From Planctomycetota bacterium (GTDB taxonomy: Bacteria > Planctomycetota > B15-G4 > JADJEK01): a DNA stretch of 57,799 nt. The position numbers and the translations under genes are program-made. Numbering within the stretch: position 1 is the first letter of the stretch; each line of letters opens with the position of its first letter. Below, in pieces: positions 9,401 through 18,030 of this stretch. The stretch covers positions 1 to 57,799 of the forward strand of contig JBGAIQ010000034.1 of assembly GCA_044225365.1 (NCBI GenBank), read 5' to 3'. The notes under the pieces are model-generated. The model made no database searches. It worked only from the letters and a program-made list of their open reading frames with translations, and was not told where the DNA came from.

Positions 9401-10796
9401 TGTGGTCATGCTGCTCGATCAACTCGGTGAAGTTGCGTTGATCGACGAATTGATCGACAAGCTCGTTCCGTTGCGTGGCTTCTACGAGCGTGATCCGAGC
9501 GTCCGCCGCCGCTACGGCGCGGCGGTGTTGCGGGGAGCGATCGAGACCGAGCGCAAATCGGAGACTCCTCGCCTGACGATCGAACGTCATGCGGAGCGGG
9601 TCTTCGTCGCACGGGAGGGAGAGGGTCGGGACGGCTCGCGTACGATCTCGGCAGTTCGTCAGCTCGGACTCGTCGCCGACGAGATCGCCGCCGATGCCAA
9701 GGACGGTCTGGTTCTCGCGCCAGAGGCCGCGCTCGAAAAGCTGCGCCTTTCCTATCCGGCGCGCAATTTGACAGGGCTTTCACTCCCGCGCCTTGCGCGG
9801 CTTGCTGTTTCGGTTTCATCGAACGCGGCGCTGTCGAGCCGACTCGAGATCTACCCGCGGGGTCTCGCCGTGGACCGCGCTCTTCGCCTCGCGCATGGTG
9901 CGTTTGCGGGCGTCAAAGAGCTCGAAGTCGCCGAGATCCACTCCCGACTCCACGCGCGATACCCCGAATGCGCGCCGCTGCCTCCGCGTCCCGAGCTCGA
10001 CGCCCTGCTCGATCGCGTCGGCTTTCGGTTCGAATTCGATCTGAAGGCGGCGAACGGCAAGGGTGCGTATCGCTCGAAGGACATCGCGCACGGGACGATC
10101 AGCTCGGACACGACGCGCTCGTCGCGTCACGCGACCGTGCACGGCGAGGCCGGCCGAGCGCCGCGTCCTTCCCAATCGGTCGAGGAATCGGAATCGATCG
10201 CGGAAGCGCGTGCGTTCGAAGAGCGCCTCGTGCGCGCGGATCGCGACGGAGCTTTTCTCGTCCTCGCGGCGAGTCCGAGCGATGCGCTTGATGCCGAGCG
10301 AGAGCTGCGACACCGCTTCAAAAGGCTCGTGACGTACTCCTTCGAGTCTCTCCTGATCGACGCGCTCGACGCGAAGGCTCGAGCTCTCGGCGCCGACTGG
10401 AGCGTGGTGCTCGCGGCCGATGCGGCGCCGGCCGACTCCGACGATGGCCGGCGGTTACGCCAGCTCGTGACTTCGGTCCTGCCGGAGATCGAAGCGAGGC
10501 TCTCGACCTGCGAGACGACGATTCTGCTCACGAACCTCGGTCTCCTTGCACGCTACGACCGCATCCATCTGATCGATCGCCTGCGCGATCGCGTCACCGT
10601 ACGGCCGAGCGCGAGCGATCCCGGTCTCTTCGGTCTCTGGCTCCTCGTGCCGTGCGATGGCCTGGCCGAGGCGCCGCGGATCGACGCTCGCGCGGTGCCC
10701 GTCCTCACACCCGCACAGTGGGCGCGAGTTCCACGGGCTTGGATCAAGAACGTCCACCGCGGAAGTACCAACGTCGTCGCGGTTCCTTCCCCCTGA
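6447..10796 (+). CDS. pglW: BREX type 2 Ser/Thr kinase PglW (NERD domain, pseudokinase, kinase, alpha-CTD-like HTH)
   Basis: N-terminal SRFPWEREAL and EVDALIVTPRGCFLVEIKSW (NERD); degenerate HRALAP kinase; second kinase LGSGSSA/HRDIKPEN/LLDFSLS; LSTRAENALDR..MRGVGTKT. Exact start uncertain (TTG 6447 or GTG 6462). Confidence 0.93.
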   Translation: MGQRAVAFGPESWKEITPSRFPWEREALAFLREHLPSHEPYRAFTNFEFLARDGSINEVDALIVTPRGCFLVEIKSWHGEIRGDFAEWIRIHDGQRRTEENPLRLANKKAKRLKELFEHNWPRGDKSTSRIPFIAPLVFLSAEGINNRLEMASAGDVVTRKDVIEHLVHIPEAQANDPRFHRIDKPLARHITQALEKIGVRTRKQRIGDYELGALLHDGDVWQEWEAKPASIDGVRKRLRIYKVADVASPEMRATIRRGAEREYVALQTANHPGLLRAEHFTQSEIGPAVVFEHDPSDERLDRYVCSRGEKITFSQRLDFLRQIAEAVAYAHGQKLVHRALAPSSVLIRKPDSPKRHAIVFNWQTSARAADSGTHSTTRGRLTATSHVSALLEDGAAAYLAPEILTTPDTDDPRLDVFSLGAIGFFLFTGTPPASSLLELTEKVKEGEGLRLESVLDGAPKPIAELLREATHPEVGRRIESAKEFLAFLEDAEEKLTRPDEPGDGGPSALDPPNAKVGERLGDEYTVKSRLGSGSSAVAYLVTRGDDASGGSEVVLKVALDPSYNERLRGEGEILAKLRHPGVVRYHETIEIAGHAALVLDRAGKETLGDRLRRDGSLQTDLLERFGRDLLEVLEYLEGEGILHRDIKPENLGITERGKNDELHLVLLDFSLSRAPADAIFAGTRYYLDPFLQTRKAKRFDAHAERFAAAMTLHEMATGVLPKWGDGVSNPSALDCEATIEGDRFPAGPRKRLAEFFVRALARRTEDRFGNTEEMLTAWRKAFAVKAKNDVETKLDEAEQRQALATATLTTTIGELLLSTRAENALDRAGVTNVRGFVDLPEGELWRMRGVGTKTRDELTALKRELGKRFGPTGTAPVANAKKSSKASGDHNESISDSSASDADLTIDALVRLLVPKRGNAKATLSWLLGLEPLPAPIVPKAPLWPSLVEVARVADLTPAGVGATLNKQRLAWEKMPAMKALQDDVVMLLDQLGEVALIDELIDKLVPLRGFYERDPSVRRRYGAAVLRGAIETERKSETPRLTIERHAERVFVAREGEGRDGSRTISAVRQLGLVADEIAADAKDGLVLAPEAALEKLRLSYPARNLTGLSLPRLARLAVSVSSNAALSSRLEIYPRGLAVDRALRLAHGAFAGVKELEVAEIHSRLHARYPECAPLPPRPELDALLDRVGFRFEFDLKAANGKGAYRSKDIAHGTISSDTTRSSRHATVHGEAGRAPRPSQSVEESESIAEARAFEERLVRADRDGAFLVLAASPSDALDAERELRHRFKRLVTYSFESLLIDALDAKARALGADWSVVLAADAAPADSDDGRRLRQLVTSVLPEIEARLSTCETTILLTNLGLLARYDRIHLIDRLRDRVTVRPSASDPGLFGLWLLVPCDGLAEAPRIDARAVPVLTPAQWARVPRAWIKNVHRGSTNVVAVPSP

Positions 10797-10827
10797 CCCG
10801 ATCTCGAATACCAAGAAGCCCTGACGC

Positions 10828-13800
10828 ATGATCGACCGCAAGGCGTTGCTCGCCGATCTCGAGAAGTTGCTGGAGAAACTCGAGGATGATTTCCGCGCTC
10901 ACCTCGAGGCGGCACCGGAGGCCAACGAAAGAGTCGCGGCGGACTACCTCGCGGCGAAGGCCGCGGGCCGCACCGCGCAAACCGAGAACACCTTTCGCGA
11001 CGAACAGGTCACGCAAGCTGCAGTCGCCTGGATCCTCGCCGCCGTCTTCGTGCGCTTCCTCGAGGACAACGACCTCGTGACGGAATCGCCGGGCGATCCG
11101 TGGCCGCGCATTTCCGGGCCCAACGCGCCGAGCGATCGCTTGCGCCGCGCGAAGGACTCCCAGACGCTGTTCTTCCAGCAGCACCCGAAGGAGAGCGATC
11201 GCGAGTTCCTGCTCGACATTTACAAAGCCGTCGCGCGACTACCCGGAATGTCCGCGCTCATTGACGAGACGACGAACCCGCTGTTTCGCTACGTGCCGAG
11301 CGCCGACGGCGCGACCCTCCTCCTCGAGTTCTTCCGCAAGGTCGATCCCAGCTCGGGGGCGATCGTCCACGACTTCACGGACCCGGAGCTGCGCACTCGC
11401 TTTCTTGGCGACCTCTACCAAGACCTCTCGGCCGTTGCGCGCGACAAGTACGCGTTGCTCCAGACTCCCGACTTCGTTCAGGACTTCCTGCTCGATCGCA
11501 CGCTCGAACCGGCGATCCGTGAATTCGGCCTCGCCGAAGCGACGCTGATCGACCCTACTTGCGGCTCCGGTCACTTCCTGCTCGGGGCGTTCGAGCGGCT
11601 CGTCGAGCAATGGCGTCGCGCGGAGCCAGGCACGAACGTTCGCGAGCTCGTGCGCCGCGCTCTCTCGCAGGTCTCTGGCGTCGACATCAATCCGTTCGCG
11701 ATCGCGATTGCGCGCTTTCGCTTGCTCGTCGCGGCGATTCAGGCATGCGGGATCCGTCGACTCGTCGATGCGCCGGACTTCAAGTTCGATCTCGCGGTCG
11801 GCGACTCGCTGCTTTTCGGAAGGCGTCCACGGCACGGAAGTGGAGTGCAGCGAGATCTCTTCGACGATAAGTTCACGCATCACTACGCGAGCGAGGATCC
11901 GGAAGCCGTACGGCGAATCCTGGAGCGAACCTACTCGGTCGTGGTCGGCAATCCTCCCTACATCATCGCGCGCGATGCCGCGCTGAATGCGGCGTATCGC
12001 GCGCGGTTCGAGAGCTGTCACCGCAAATTCTCGCTTGTCGTTCCGTTCGTTGAGCGGTTCTTCGATCTCGCTCATCACGCCAACTCTGCGAATGAACGAG
12101 CAGGCTATGTCGCGATGATCGCTGCGAATGCGTTCATGAAGCGCGAGTTCGGCAAGAAGCTCGTCGAGTCTTACTTACCCAACTACGACATGACATGTGT
12201 CGTTGACACTTCAGGCGCGTACATTCCCGGCCACGGCACGCCGACCGTCCTGCTCCTGGCGCGCGACCGTTGGCCCGTGGCGAAACACGTTCGGGCAGTG
12301 CTTGGCATCCGCGGTGAGCCGGGTACACCCGAGGATCCCGCGCGCGGACGTGTCTGGTCAGAAATTGTCGAACACATCGAGCAACCAGGATTCGAGGGTT
12401 CGTTCGTCTCGGTCGCGGACATCGCTCGCGAACGATCGAATTCGCATCCGTGGTCGATGGGTGGAGGCGGTGCCGCGGACCTGCGAGAGCAGTTGGACGA
12501 AGACGCGTCGGCCGTGCTCTCGCAATCGGCTGACTCGATTGGCTTCGGAGCGATCCTCGGCGAGGACGACGCGTTCGAGCGGCCGATTGGCTCGCCATCG
12601 TTGCGGCGTCTCCCGGCAGCCAATCGACGCCCGCTGATCGTTGGTGATCATGTTCGGGATTGGTGCGCCGAGTACTCGTCCGAAGTGTTGTTTGCGTATG
12701 ACCAACGAATCGAACTCGTCGATGACCCCGCCATTCGAGCGTGGCTCTGGACGAATCGCACAATCCTTGAAGGCCGCGCAGATTTCTCCAATAGGTCGTA
12801 CCGTGAGGCCGGCCGCCCGTACTGGGAATATCACCAGATCCCAGTCGAACGGAACCGCACGCCGCTCTCGATCACGTTTGGCGAAGTCGCCACTCACAAC
12901 CACTTCGTCCTCGACCGCGGCGGCAAGGTCTTCAAGCAGACCGCGCCCGTCATCAAGCTGCCGGCCGGAGCGAGCGAGGAGGAGCATCTCGGCCTGCTCG
13001 GGATCCTCAACAGCTCGACGGCGTGTTTCTGGTTTCAGCAGGTCTGCCACAACAAGGGCGGTCCTGGTGGCGCGAACTCCAAGGACGAGAAGTGGCACGA
13101 CTTCTACCAGCTCAACGGAACGAAGCTGGAAGTGCTGCCGCTCCCGGTGAGTCGGCCTTACTCGCGCACGGCACGACTCGACGAACTCAGCGCGCGGCGA
13201 GCGAAGTCTGCCCCCGGTTCGATTCGCACGACCGAACTTCCTTCCGCCGCTCGACTTCAAGAAGCGCGGCAAACGTACGACGAGCTGTTCTCGCGGATGA
13301 TCTCCGAGCAAGACGAGCTCGACTGGGAGTGCTACCGGCTCTACGGCCTCGTCGACGAAGACCTTTTCCTGCCACCCGGTGCAGCTCCGCCGCTCCGACT
13401 CGGAGAGCGAGCCTTCGAGATCGTCCTCGCGTGCAGGCTCGCCGCGGGCCAGATCGAGACCAAATGGTTCGAGCGCCATGGCTCGACGCCGATCACCGAA
13501 ATTCCCGCGCACTGGCCAGACGCGTACAAGAAGCTCGTCGCTCGTCGCATCGAAGTGATCGCGAGCAACGCCAACATCCGCCTCATCGAGCAACCCGAGT
13601 ACAAGCGCCGCTGGAACCAGGAATCGTGGGAAGATCAGGAACAGCGCGCGCTGCGCTCCTGGCTCCTCGATCGTCTCGAGGATCCCAAGCTCTGGCCGCG
13701 CGGCCCGAGTGCGAGGAGTGCGACGGGCGGCGAACCTCTGCTTCGGTCGACCTCCGAGCTCGCAGATCTCGTCCGCGCCGACCGCGACTTCCATCAGGTC

Positions 13801-14475
13801 GCCGAGCTCTACGCGGGCCGTCCCGACTTCGACCTCTCCGCCGTCGTTCGTGAGCTGGTCGAATCCGAGGCCGTGCCGTACCTACCCGTGCTGCGCTACA
13901 AGGACTCGGGGCTGCGAAAACGCGTCGATTGGGAGAAGACCTGGGAGTTCCAGCGCAAGGAAGACGCGATCGACGTCCTAGGTCTCTCCGCCGCCGACGC
14001 GAAGGCGAAGAAGAAGTCCGAGATCGGCGACATCGCCGTGCCGCCGAAGTATGGATCGGGGGACTTCCTGAAGGCGACCTACTGGCGCTTGCGCGGCAAG
14101 CTCGACGTCCCGAAGGAGCGCTTCGTCGCGTATCCGTTCGCGTCGAAGGACACCGACCCGTCGCTCGTGATCACGTGGGCCGGCTACGACCATCTCGAGC
14201 AGGGCAAGGCGCTCGCCGCGTGGTACGTCGCCCGCAAGGAATCCGACGGTTGGCCGAAGGAACGTCTACAGCCACTTCTCCTCGGTTTGCTCGATCTCTT
14301 GCCCTGGATCCACCAGTGGCATCCCGAGGTCGACCTGCAGCTCGGCGAGACGATGGGCAAGTACTTCAGCGGGTTCATCGACGAGGAAGCGCGGAGCCTC
14401 GGGTTGACGTTGGAGGAGTTGCGGAAGTGGACGCCGCCGGAAAAGGCGCGTGGCCGGGGGCGCAAGAAGTCATGA
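10828..14475 (+). CDS. pglX: BREX type 2 N6-adenine DNA methyltransferase PglX
   Basis: TRFLGDLYQDLS..YALLQTPDFV, motif I DPTCGSGHFL, motif IV VVGNPPY, AYIPGHGTPT, YWRLRGKLDVPKERF; follows pglW. Confidence 0.95.
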   Translation: MIDRKALLADLEKLLEKLEDDFRAHLEAAPEANERVAADYLAAKAAGRTAQTENTFRDEQVTQAAVAWILAAVFVRFLEDNDLVTESPGDPWPRISGPNAPSDRLRRAKDSQTLFFQQHPKESDREFLLDIYKAVARLPGMSALIDETTNPLFRYVPSADGATLLLEFFRKVDPSSGAIVHDFTDPELRTRFLGDLYQDLSAVARDKYALLQTPDFVQDFLLDRTLEPAIREFGLAEATLIDPTCGSGHFLLGAFERLVEQWRRAEPGTNVRELVRRALSQVSGVDINPFAIAIARFRLLVAAIQACGIRRLVDAPDFKFDLAVGDSLLFGRRPRHGSGVQRDLFDDKFTHHYASEDPEAVRRILERTYSVVVGNPPYIIARDAALNAAYRARFESCHRKFSLVVPFVERFFDLAHHANSANERAGYVAMIAANAFMKREFGKKLVESYLPNYDMTCVVDTSGAYIPGHGTPTVLLLARDRWPVAKHVRAVLGIRGEPGTPEDPARGRVWSEIVEHIEQPGFEGSFVSVADIARERSNSHPWSMGGGGAADLREQLDEDASAVLSQSADSIGFGAILGEDDAFERPIGSPSLRRLPAANRRPLIVGDHVRDWCAEYSSEVLFAYDQRIELVDDPAIRAWLWTNRTILEGRADFSNRSYREAGRPYWEYHQIPVERNRTPLSITFGEVATHNHFVLDRGGKVFKQTAPVIKLPAGASEEEHLGLLGILNSSTACFWFQQVCHNKGGPGGANSKDEKWHDFYQLNGTKLEVLPLPVSRPYSRTARLDELSARRAKSAPGSIRTTELPSAARLQEARQTYDELFSRMISEQDELDWECYRLYGLVDEDLFLPPGAAPPLRLGERAFEIVLACRLAAGQIETKWFERHGSTPITEIPAHWPDAYKKLVARRIEVIASNANIRLIEQPEYKRRWNQESWEDQEQRALRSWLLDRLEDPKLWPRGPSARSATGGEPLLRSTSELADLVRADRDFHQVAELYAGRPDFDLSAVVRELVESEAVPYLPVLRYKDSGLRKRVDWEKTWEFQRKEDAIDVLGLSAADAKAKKKSEIGDIAVPPKYGSGDFLKATYWRLRGKLDVPKERFVAYPFASKDTDPSLVITWAGYDHLEQGKALAAWYVARKESDGWPKERLQPLLLGLLDLLPWIHQWHPEVDLQLGETMGKYFSGFIDEEARSLGLTLEELRKWTPPEKARGRGRKKS

Positions 14476-15314
14476 GCATTGGCGAGTCATCGAACATCGC
14501 CCCCGCAGTCCGGGCGATAGTCGACAATCTCGGCGAAGAGCGCCGTCCCGGCGCAGTGCTCATCTGCGACGCGCTTGGCTTCAAGGGGCTCTGGAAGGGA
14601 CATTATGTGGAGCTCCTCGAAAGCCTAAAGCACGTTCAAGGGGAAGCAGATCGAGTCCTGAAGGGCTTTGCCGATGAGATGGACTGGACCGCGAAGTCTC
14701 AGTTCTTCACGTTCTCAGACACGCTCGCGGGCACTGTTCGCGTGGAAGCCAAGGAATCGGTCACTGACGTGCCACCCGCTACGTTGCATTGGGTTGCCGT
14801 CGAGTACGCAGCGGCCGTCGCGAGCATGATCCAGCATGCTGCTCTGAAGTCGAAGATTCGGCTGAGTTATCGCGGCAGCATCGCGTTCGGTGAATTCATG
14901 TCCGACGACGCGGAACGGATTTTGATCGGTGAGGCGATCGATGAAGCTGCGGCGCATCACGAGCAAGCAGAGGGCGCCTTCGTTCGACTCACGCCGAGCG
15001 CGAGAACGATCGTCGACGCGTACTGTGCACTTGACGGAGTTGGCGGAGCAACCACGACCGTTGGCGAGCCCAAGCTCGCGTTCCTGGTTCGACGAGAAGT
15101 GCCAGTGAAGCAGCTCGGCATGATGGACTCTTGGGTTGTGAACCCGCTCGTCCCGGGAGCCAACTGGGAACTCGACGCTCGCGAATTCACTTCGAGGATG
15201 CGCGCCACCTTCGATCGCGCGGGCGCCGATCCGAAAGTGGAGAAGATGTGGCAGAACACGCGGCGCTTCCTCGAGAGTCTAGATCGTGATGATTCCGTAC
15301 ATCACGACAAGTGA
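14472..15314 (+). CDS. Putative class III nucleotide-cyclase-fold protein (280 aa)
   Basis: ATGA overlap with the pglX stop. Motifs ICDALGFK, FSDT, YRGSIAFGEF and LIGEAIDEAAAHHEQA occur in the order seen in adenylate/guanylate cyclase catalytic domains. Confidence 0.6.
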   Translation: MSIGESSNIAPAVRAIVDNLGEERRPGAVLICDALGFKGLWKGHYVELLESLKHVQGEADRVLKGFADEMDWTAKSQFFTFSDTLAGTVRVEAKESVTDVPPATLHWVAVEYAAAVASMIQHAALKSKIRLSYRGSIAFGEFMSDDAERILIGEAIDEAAAHHEQAEGAFVRLTPSARTIVDAYCALDGVGGATTTVGEPKLAFLVRREVPVKQLGMMDSWVVNPLVPGANWELDAREFTSRMRATFDRAGADPKVEKMWQNTRRFLESLDRDDSVHHDK

Positions 15315-16186
15315 TCGACATCGAGCCTGTCGGAGAGCACGTACTCCGCTGCCGTCATCGCCGGAAGTGATTGCACGATGGCTTCGGCGCGAAACTTTTG
15401 GCTGCCGCCTGAAGCCGGAGCGGTTTCGAGAAGGCGTTGCCAATCTTCGAGCCACTCGTGCCAGGGCCGACCACCGACGACCTCGGGCGCTCCGATCTCG
15501 CGAACGAAGTACACCGTTACGGTCACGTTCGGCGCGTTCCAATCCGGATTCGGTCTTACACGGATCTCGCGCAGATTCGCGATCGCGGCCGCTTCGGGGG
15601 TTTCGCCCGCCACGTTCTCTTTGATCCACGAGCCGAGCGGACCAATGAGCGACACGAACTCGTTCGGAAATGCTGGGCGCCCGTGCTTTCGCATCAGAGC
15701 GAGTTGGAAGCTCCGGACCTCTTCGTCCGTTCGGCATCCTCGAATGCGCTGCGCTGTCCAAAGTGCGAGTACCGGCCGCTCGATCACCATGGTTCGGTCG
15801 AGATCGGCTACCAGCCCGCGATCCTCGAGCGCGGGAACGAACGCGAATCGGTTTTCCTGGCCCTTCTTGATCCAAGCAACGCGTCCTTTGCTCGGCTCCG
15901 CGTAGAGCGCGGCAACCTCGACGAAGGGACGGAGATGGACCTTCTTGCTCGCGAGGTCGCATGTCTGCGTGATCACTGCGAGCCCCGGGACCGTAACTGC
16001 TGCGATGGCCGGGTCGTCGTCAGCGCCCTCCTTCGCCGCGATGACCGCGGCAGGGCTCACCGGCTGTTTCGGATCGAACCGAAAAGTGAGCTCTTGATCC
16101 CCGACGACGCAATCGCCTTGACGCCACGTCTTCAGCGCGGCGTCGACTTCGTTCATCCACGGTTCGCGAACGGCGGTCTCAGGCAC
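15302..16186 (-). CDS. Hypothetical protein with WRQGD...VITQTCD motif (possible PemK/MazF-like toxin fold)
   Basis: 294-aa ORF, GTG start overlapping the upstream stop by 8 bp; WRQGD, ITQTCDL, VADLDR and RKHGRPAFP motifs. Fold is inferred. Confidence 0.55.
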   Translation of the reverse strand: MPETAVREPWMNEVDAALKTWRQGDCVVGDQELTFRFDPKQPVSPAAVIAAKEGADDDPAIAAVTVPGLAVITQTCDLASKKVHLRPFVEVAALYAEPSKGRVAWIKKGQENRFAFVPALEDRGLVADLDRTMVIERPVLALWTAQRIRGCRTDEEVRSFQLALMRKHGRPAFPNEFVSLIGPLGSWIKENVAGETPEAAAIANLREIRVRPNPDWNAPNVTVTVYFVREIGAPEVVGGRPWHEWLEDWQRLLETAPASGGSQKFRAEAIVQSLPAMTAAEYVLSDRLDVDHLS

Positions 16187-16850
16187 GCCCCTTCTTCCTC
16201 TTCAACTGGCTCTTCAACTGGATGCGTCGACCGCGCTCCACTTTGTCGTCGATGGGTTCGTCGCGACCACCGAGCAGATTCTCGGGGCGCGGGGGTCTGT
16301 GAGCGTCGATCAGGGACTTCGAGAACGACGAAGGCGAGATGGCGGGGCGCACGCCATGACCGCGGCCGATGAGTCGCCTTGCGGATTCGTGGTCGCCGTC
16401 GCGCAGGAGTTCGAGCGCACACCTGCCGTCGGCGCCTCTCGAATCGAGGAGTCGTCGGGTCGCTTCTGTATCGCCGCGATCGATGTAGCGAATCGTTGCC
16501 AAGACCGACGCGAGTTGCGCGGCTCGCTCGGTTTCCGGTGCGCGTCCGCTCACCCAGAAGTGCACGGAGCGTCGGTCCACACCAAGCAGGCGACCGATCT
16601 CGTCGTAGGTGAGGCCGGCGCGTATCCGAAGTTCCGCAATGATCTCGGGCACCCGCGGCGCGCGCGCTCGAACGCGCAGGTCTGCGAAGTCCGCTGCCGT
16701 GACGTTCTCCGCGTGATGCGGGAGCCAATCGACGGGTGACGTCATCGGTGAAGCAAACGTGAGGAAGCTGATCAGCGTCCCGCCGATCCGTTCTGTGAAT
16801 GCACTGCCCGCGGTGGTGGAACTCGTGCTCGTAGTGAAGCCACTTTTCAT
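16179..16850 (-). CDS. XRE-type HTH protein with Ser/Thr-rich N-terminal extension
   Basis: ELRIRAGLTYDEIGRLLGVDRRSVHFWVSG HTH; ATG 16850 forms an ATGA overlap with the upstream stop. Confidence 0.75.
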   Translation of the reverse strand: MKSGFTTSTSSTTAGSAFTERIGGTLISFLTFASPMTSPVDWLPHHAENVTAADFADLRVRARAPRVPEIIAELRIRAGLTYDEIGRLLGVDRRSVHFWVSGRAPETERAAQLASVLATIRYIDRGDTEATRRLLDSRGADGRCALELLRDGDHESARRLIGRGHGVRPAISPSSFSKSLIDAHRPPRPENLLGGRDEPIDDKVERGRRIQLKSQLKRKKGRA

Positions 16851-17638
16851 GGCGTACCTCGAAATCGCTCGAGGAACTCGTCGGTCACCGCCCAACGGAA
16901 GAACGTGTAGGTCCGGCCCGCAAAGTTTCCCGTCATCTCGCGCAGTCGTTCAACGTTGAATTCCATTCGTTGATCGGTGAACGTATCGATGTCGAGGATC
17001 CAGCTCGGATGCTCGACAGGCTCGAGAGCGCCGGGATCGATCGTCGAGCCGGATGGCAGAAGCCCGAATCGAGCGTGCATTTGGATCACTTCATGCTTGA
17101 ACCAAGTATCGGTCACGATGGCATTCACGCGCTCGTTGGCGAAGGAAGGCCACGTGCCGCCTACCTCGGGCCGCACCAACTTCAGGATCGAGTCGCGATC
17201 CGTGGCATCGACCCGATCGATGTAGCGGATTCCCAAGCGCGTCGCGACGCGGGGGTCGACGACAGAGTGCGTTGCCGACAGCACCACTTCCCAGCGCCGC
17301 AGGAACTCGGATCTGCTCGTGTAGGCCTTCGACTCGAGGGCGACGAAGTTCGGTGTGAGCGACAAGCGCCAGGATTCGCTGAGGTCGACGAAACGCCAAG
17401 CCTCGGTGGGTCCGACGCTGATGTTCCCAGCTTGATCGACCGCAAGCGTCGACGAACTCTCCGCGGTCAGGATCGGATACGCATCGCGGACGAGTTCCTG
17501 GAACCGTGCAACCTGCCCTGACGAGCCGAGGTTCAGCAGCGGTGGAAATCGAACCTGCGCCAATACGCGCACCAGAGGTGCGTGAGCGAGAGGCACTTCT
17601 TCGGGCTCGGGTGCTGTCAGTGGATCGAAGGTTGTCAC
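16847..17638 (-). CDS. TIGR04255-family protein
   Basis: PLAHAPLVRVLAQVRFP, AYTSRSEFL, RLGIRYIDRV, WILDIDTF and FFRWAVTDEFLERF match family hallmarks as I recall them. Confidence 0.85.
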   Translation of the reverse strand: MTTFDPLTAPEPEEVPLAHAPLVRVLAQVRFPPLLNLGSSGQVARFQELVRDAYPILTAESSSTLAVDQAGNISVGPTEAWRFVDLSESWRLSLTPNFVALESKAYTSRSEFLRRWEVVLSATHSVVDPRVATRLGIRYIDRVDATDRDSILKLVRPEVGGTWPSFANERVNAIVTDTWFKHEVIQMHARFGLLPSGSTIDPGALEPVEHPSWILDIDTFTDQRMEFNVERLREMTGNFAGRTYTFFRWAVTDEFLERFRGTP

Positions 17639-17644
17639 GCACCA

Positions 17645-17687
17645 ATCCTAGCTCGACATCTGTTGCATGTGAACATCGGTGTGAACA
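17645..17687 (-). promoter_or_regulatory. Sigma70-like promoter of the TIGR04255 operon with direct-repeat operator; likely leaderless transcript
   Basis: Minus strand TTCACA (17673-17668)-N17-TAGGAT (17650-17645), then 6 nt to the GTG start at 17638; TGTGAACA repeated at 17668 and 17680. Confidence 0.6.
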
Positions 17688-18030
17688 ATGTATTACTTGA
17701 TTCAAATCATGGCTTTACTGACGCTGCTCGCGGACGCAAGCATCGGGGAATGAATCCACGCCTGGCTCGAGAGCGAGCATTGTGCGGACCCGACACGCCG
17801 CGCGACGGAGAGATTGCCCGTCAACGAGACGCCGAAAACTCTTGCTGGTCGGGAGACCCCTCTCGCGCGTCTCCGCCTTGTCTCTTGTGCTGCTTCGGCT
17901 TAGTCTCGTCACGGGCTCCGCGGAATCGCGTTCGAAGGGAACGGAAGGCGGTGCTTTCGACGAAGCTGGGTTGCCGAGGCGCATTTCGGCGCGTAAAAGA
18001 GTTGCTTTAGAAGTGAACTCGTCGGGGCCG

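Noticed and set aside
13929-14471. N-terminal extension of the 461-aa ORF
   Set aside because: It overlaps pglX out of frame; the likely start is ATG 14472 at the ATGA junction.
10828-14475. Phase-variable homopolymer tract in pglX, as in Streptomyces Pgl
   Set aside because: The longest run noticed is five G near 14456-14460, too short to support slippage.
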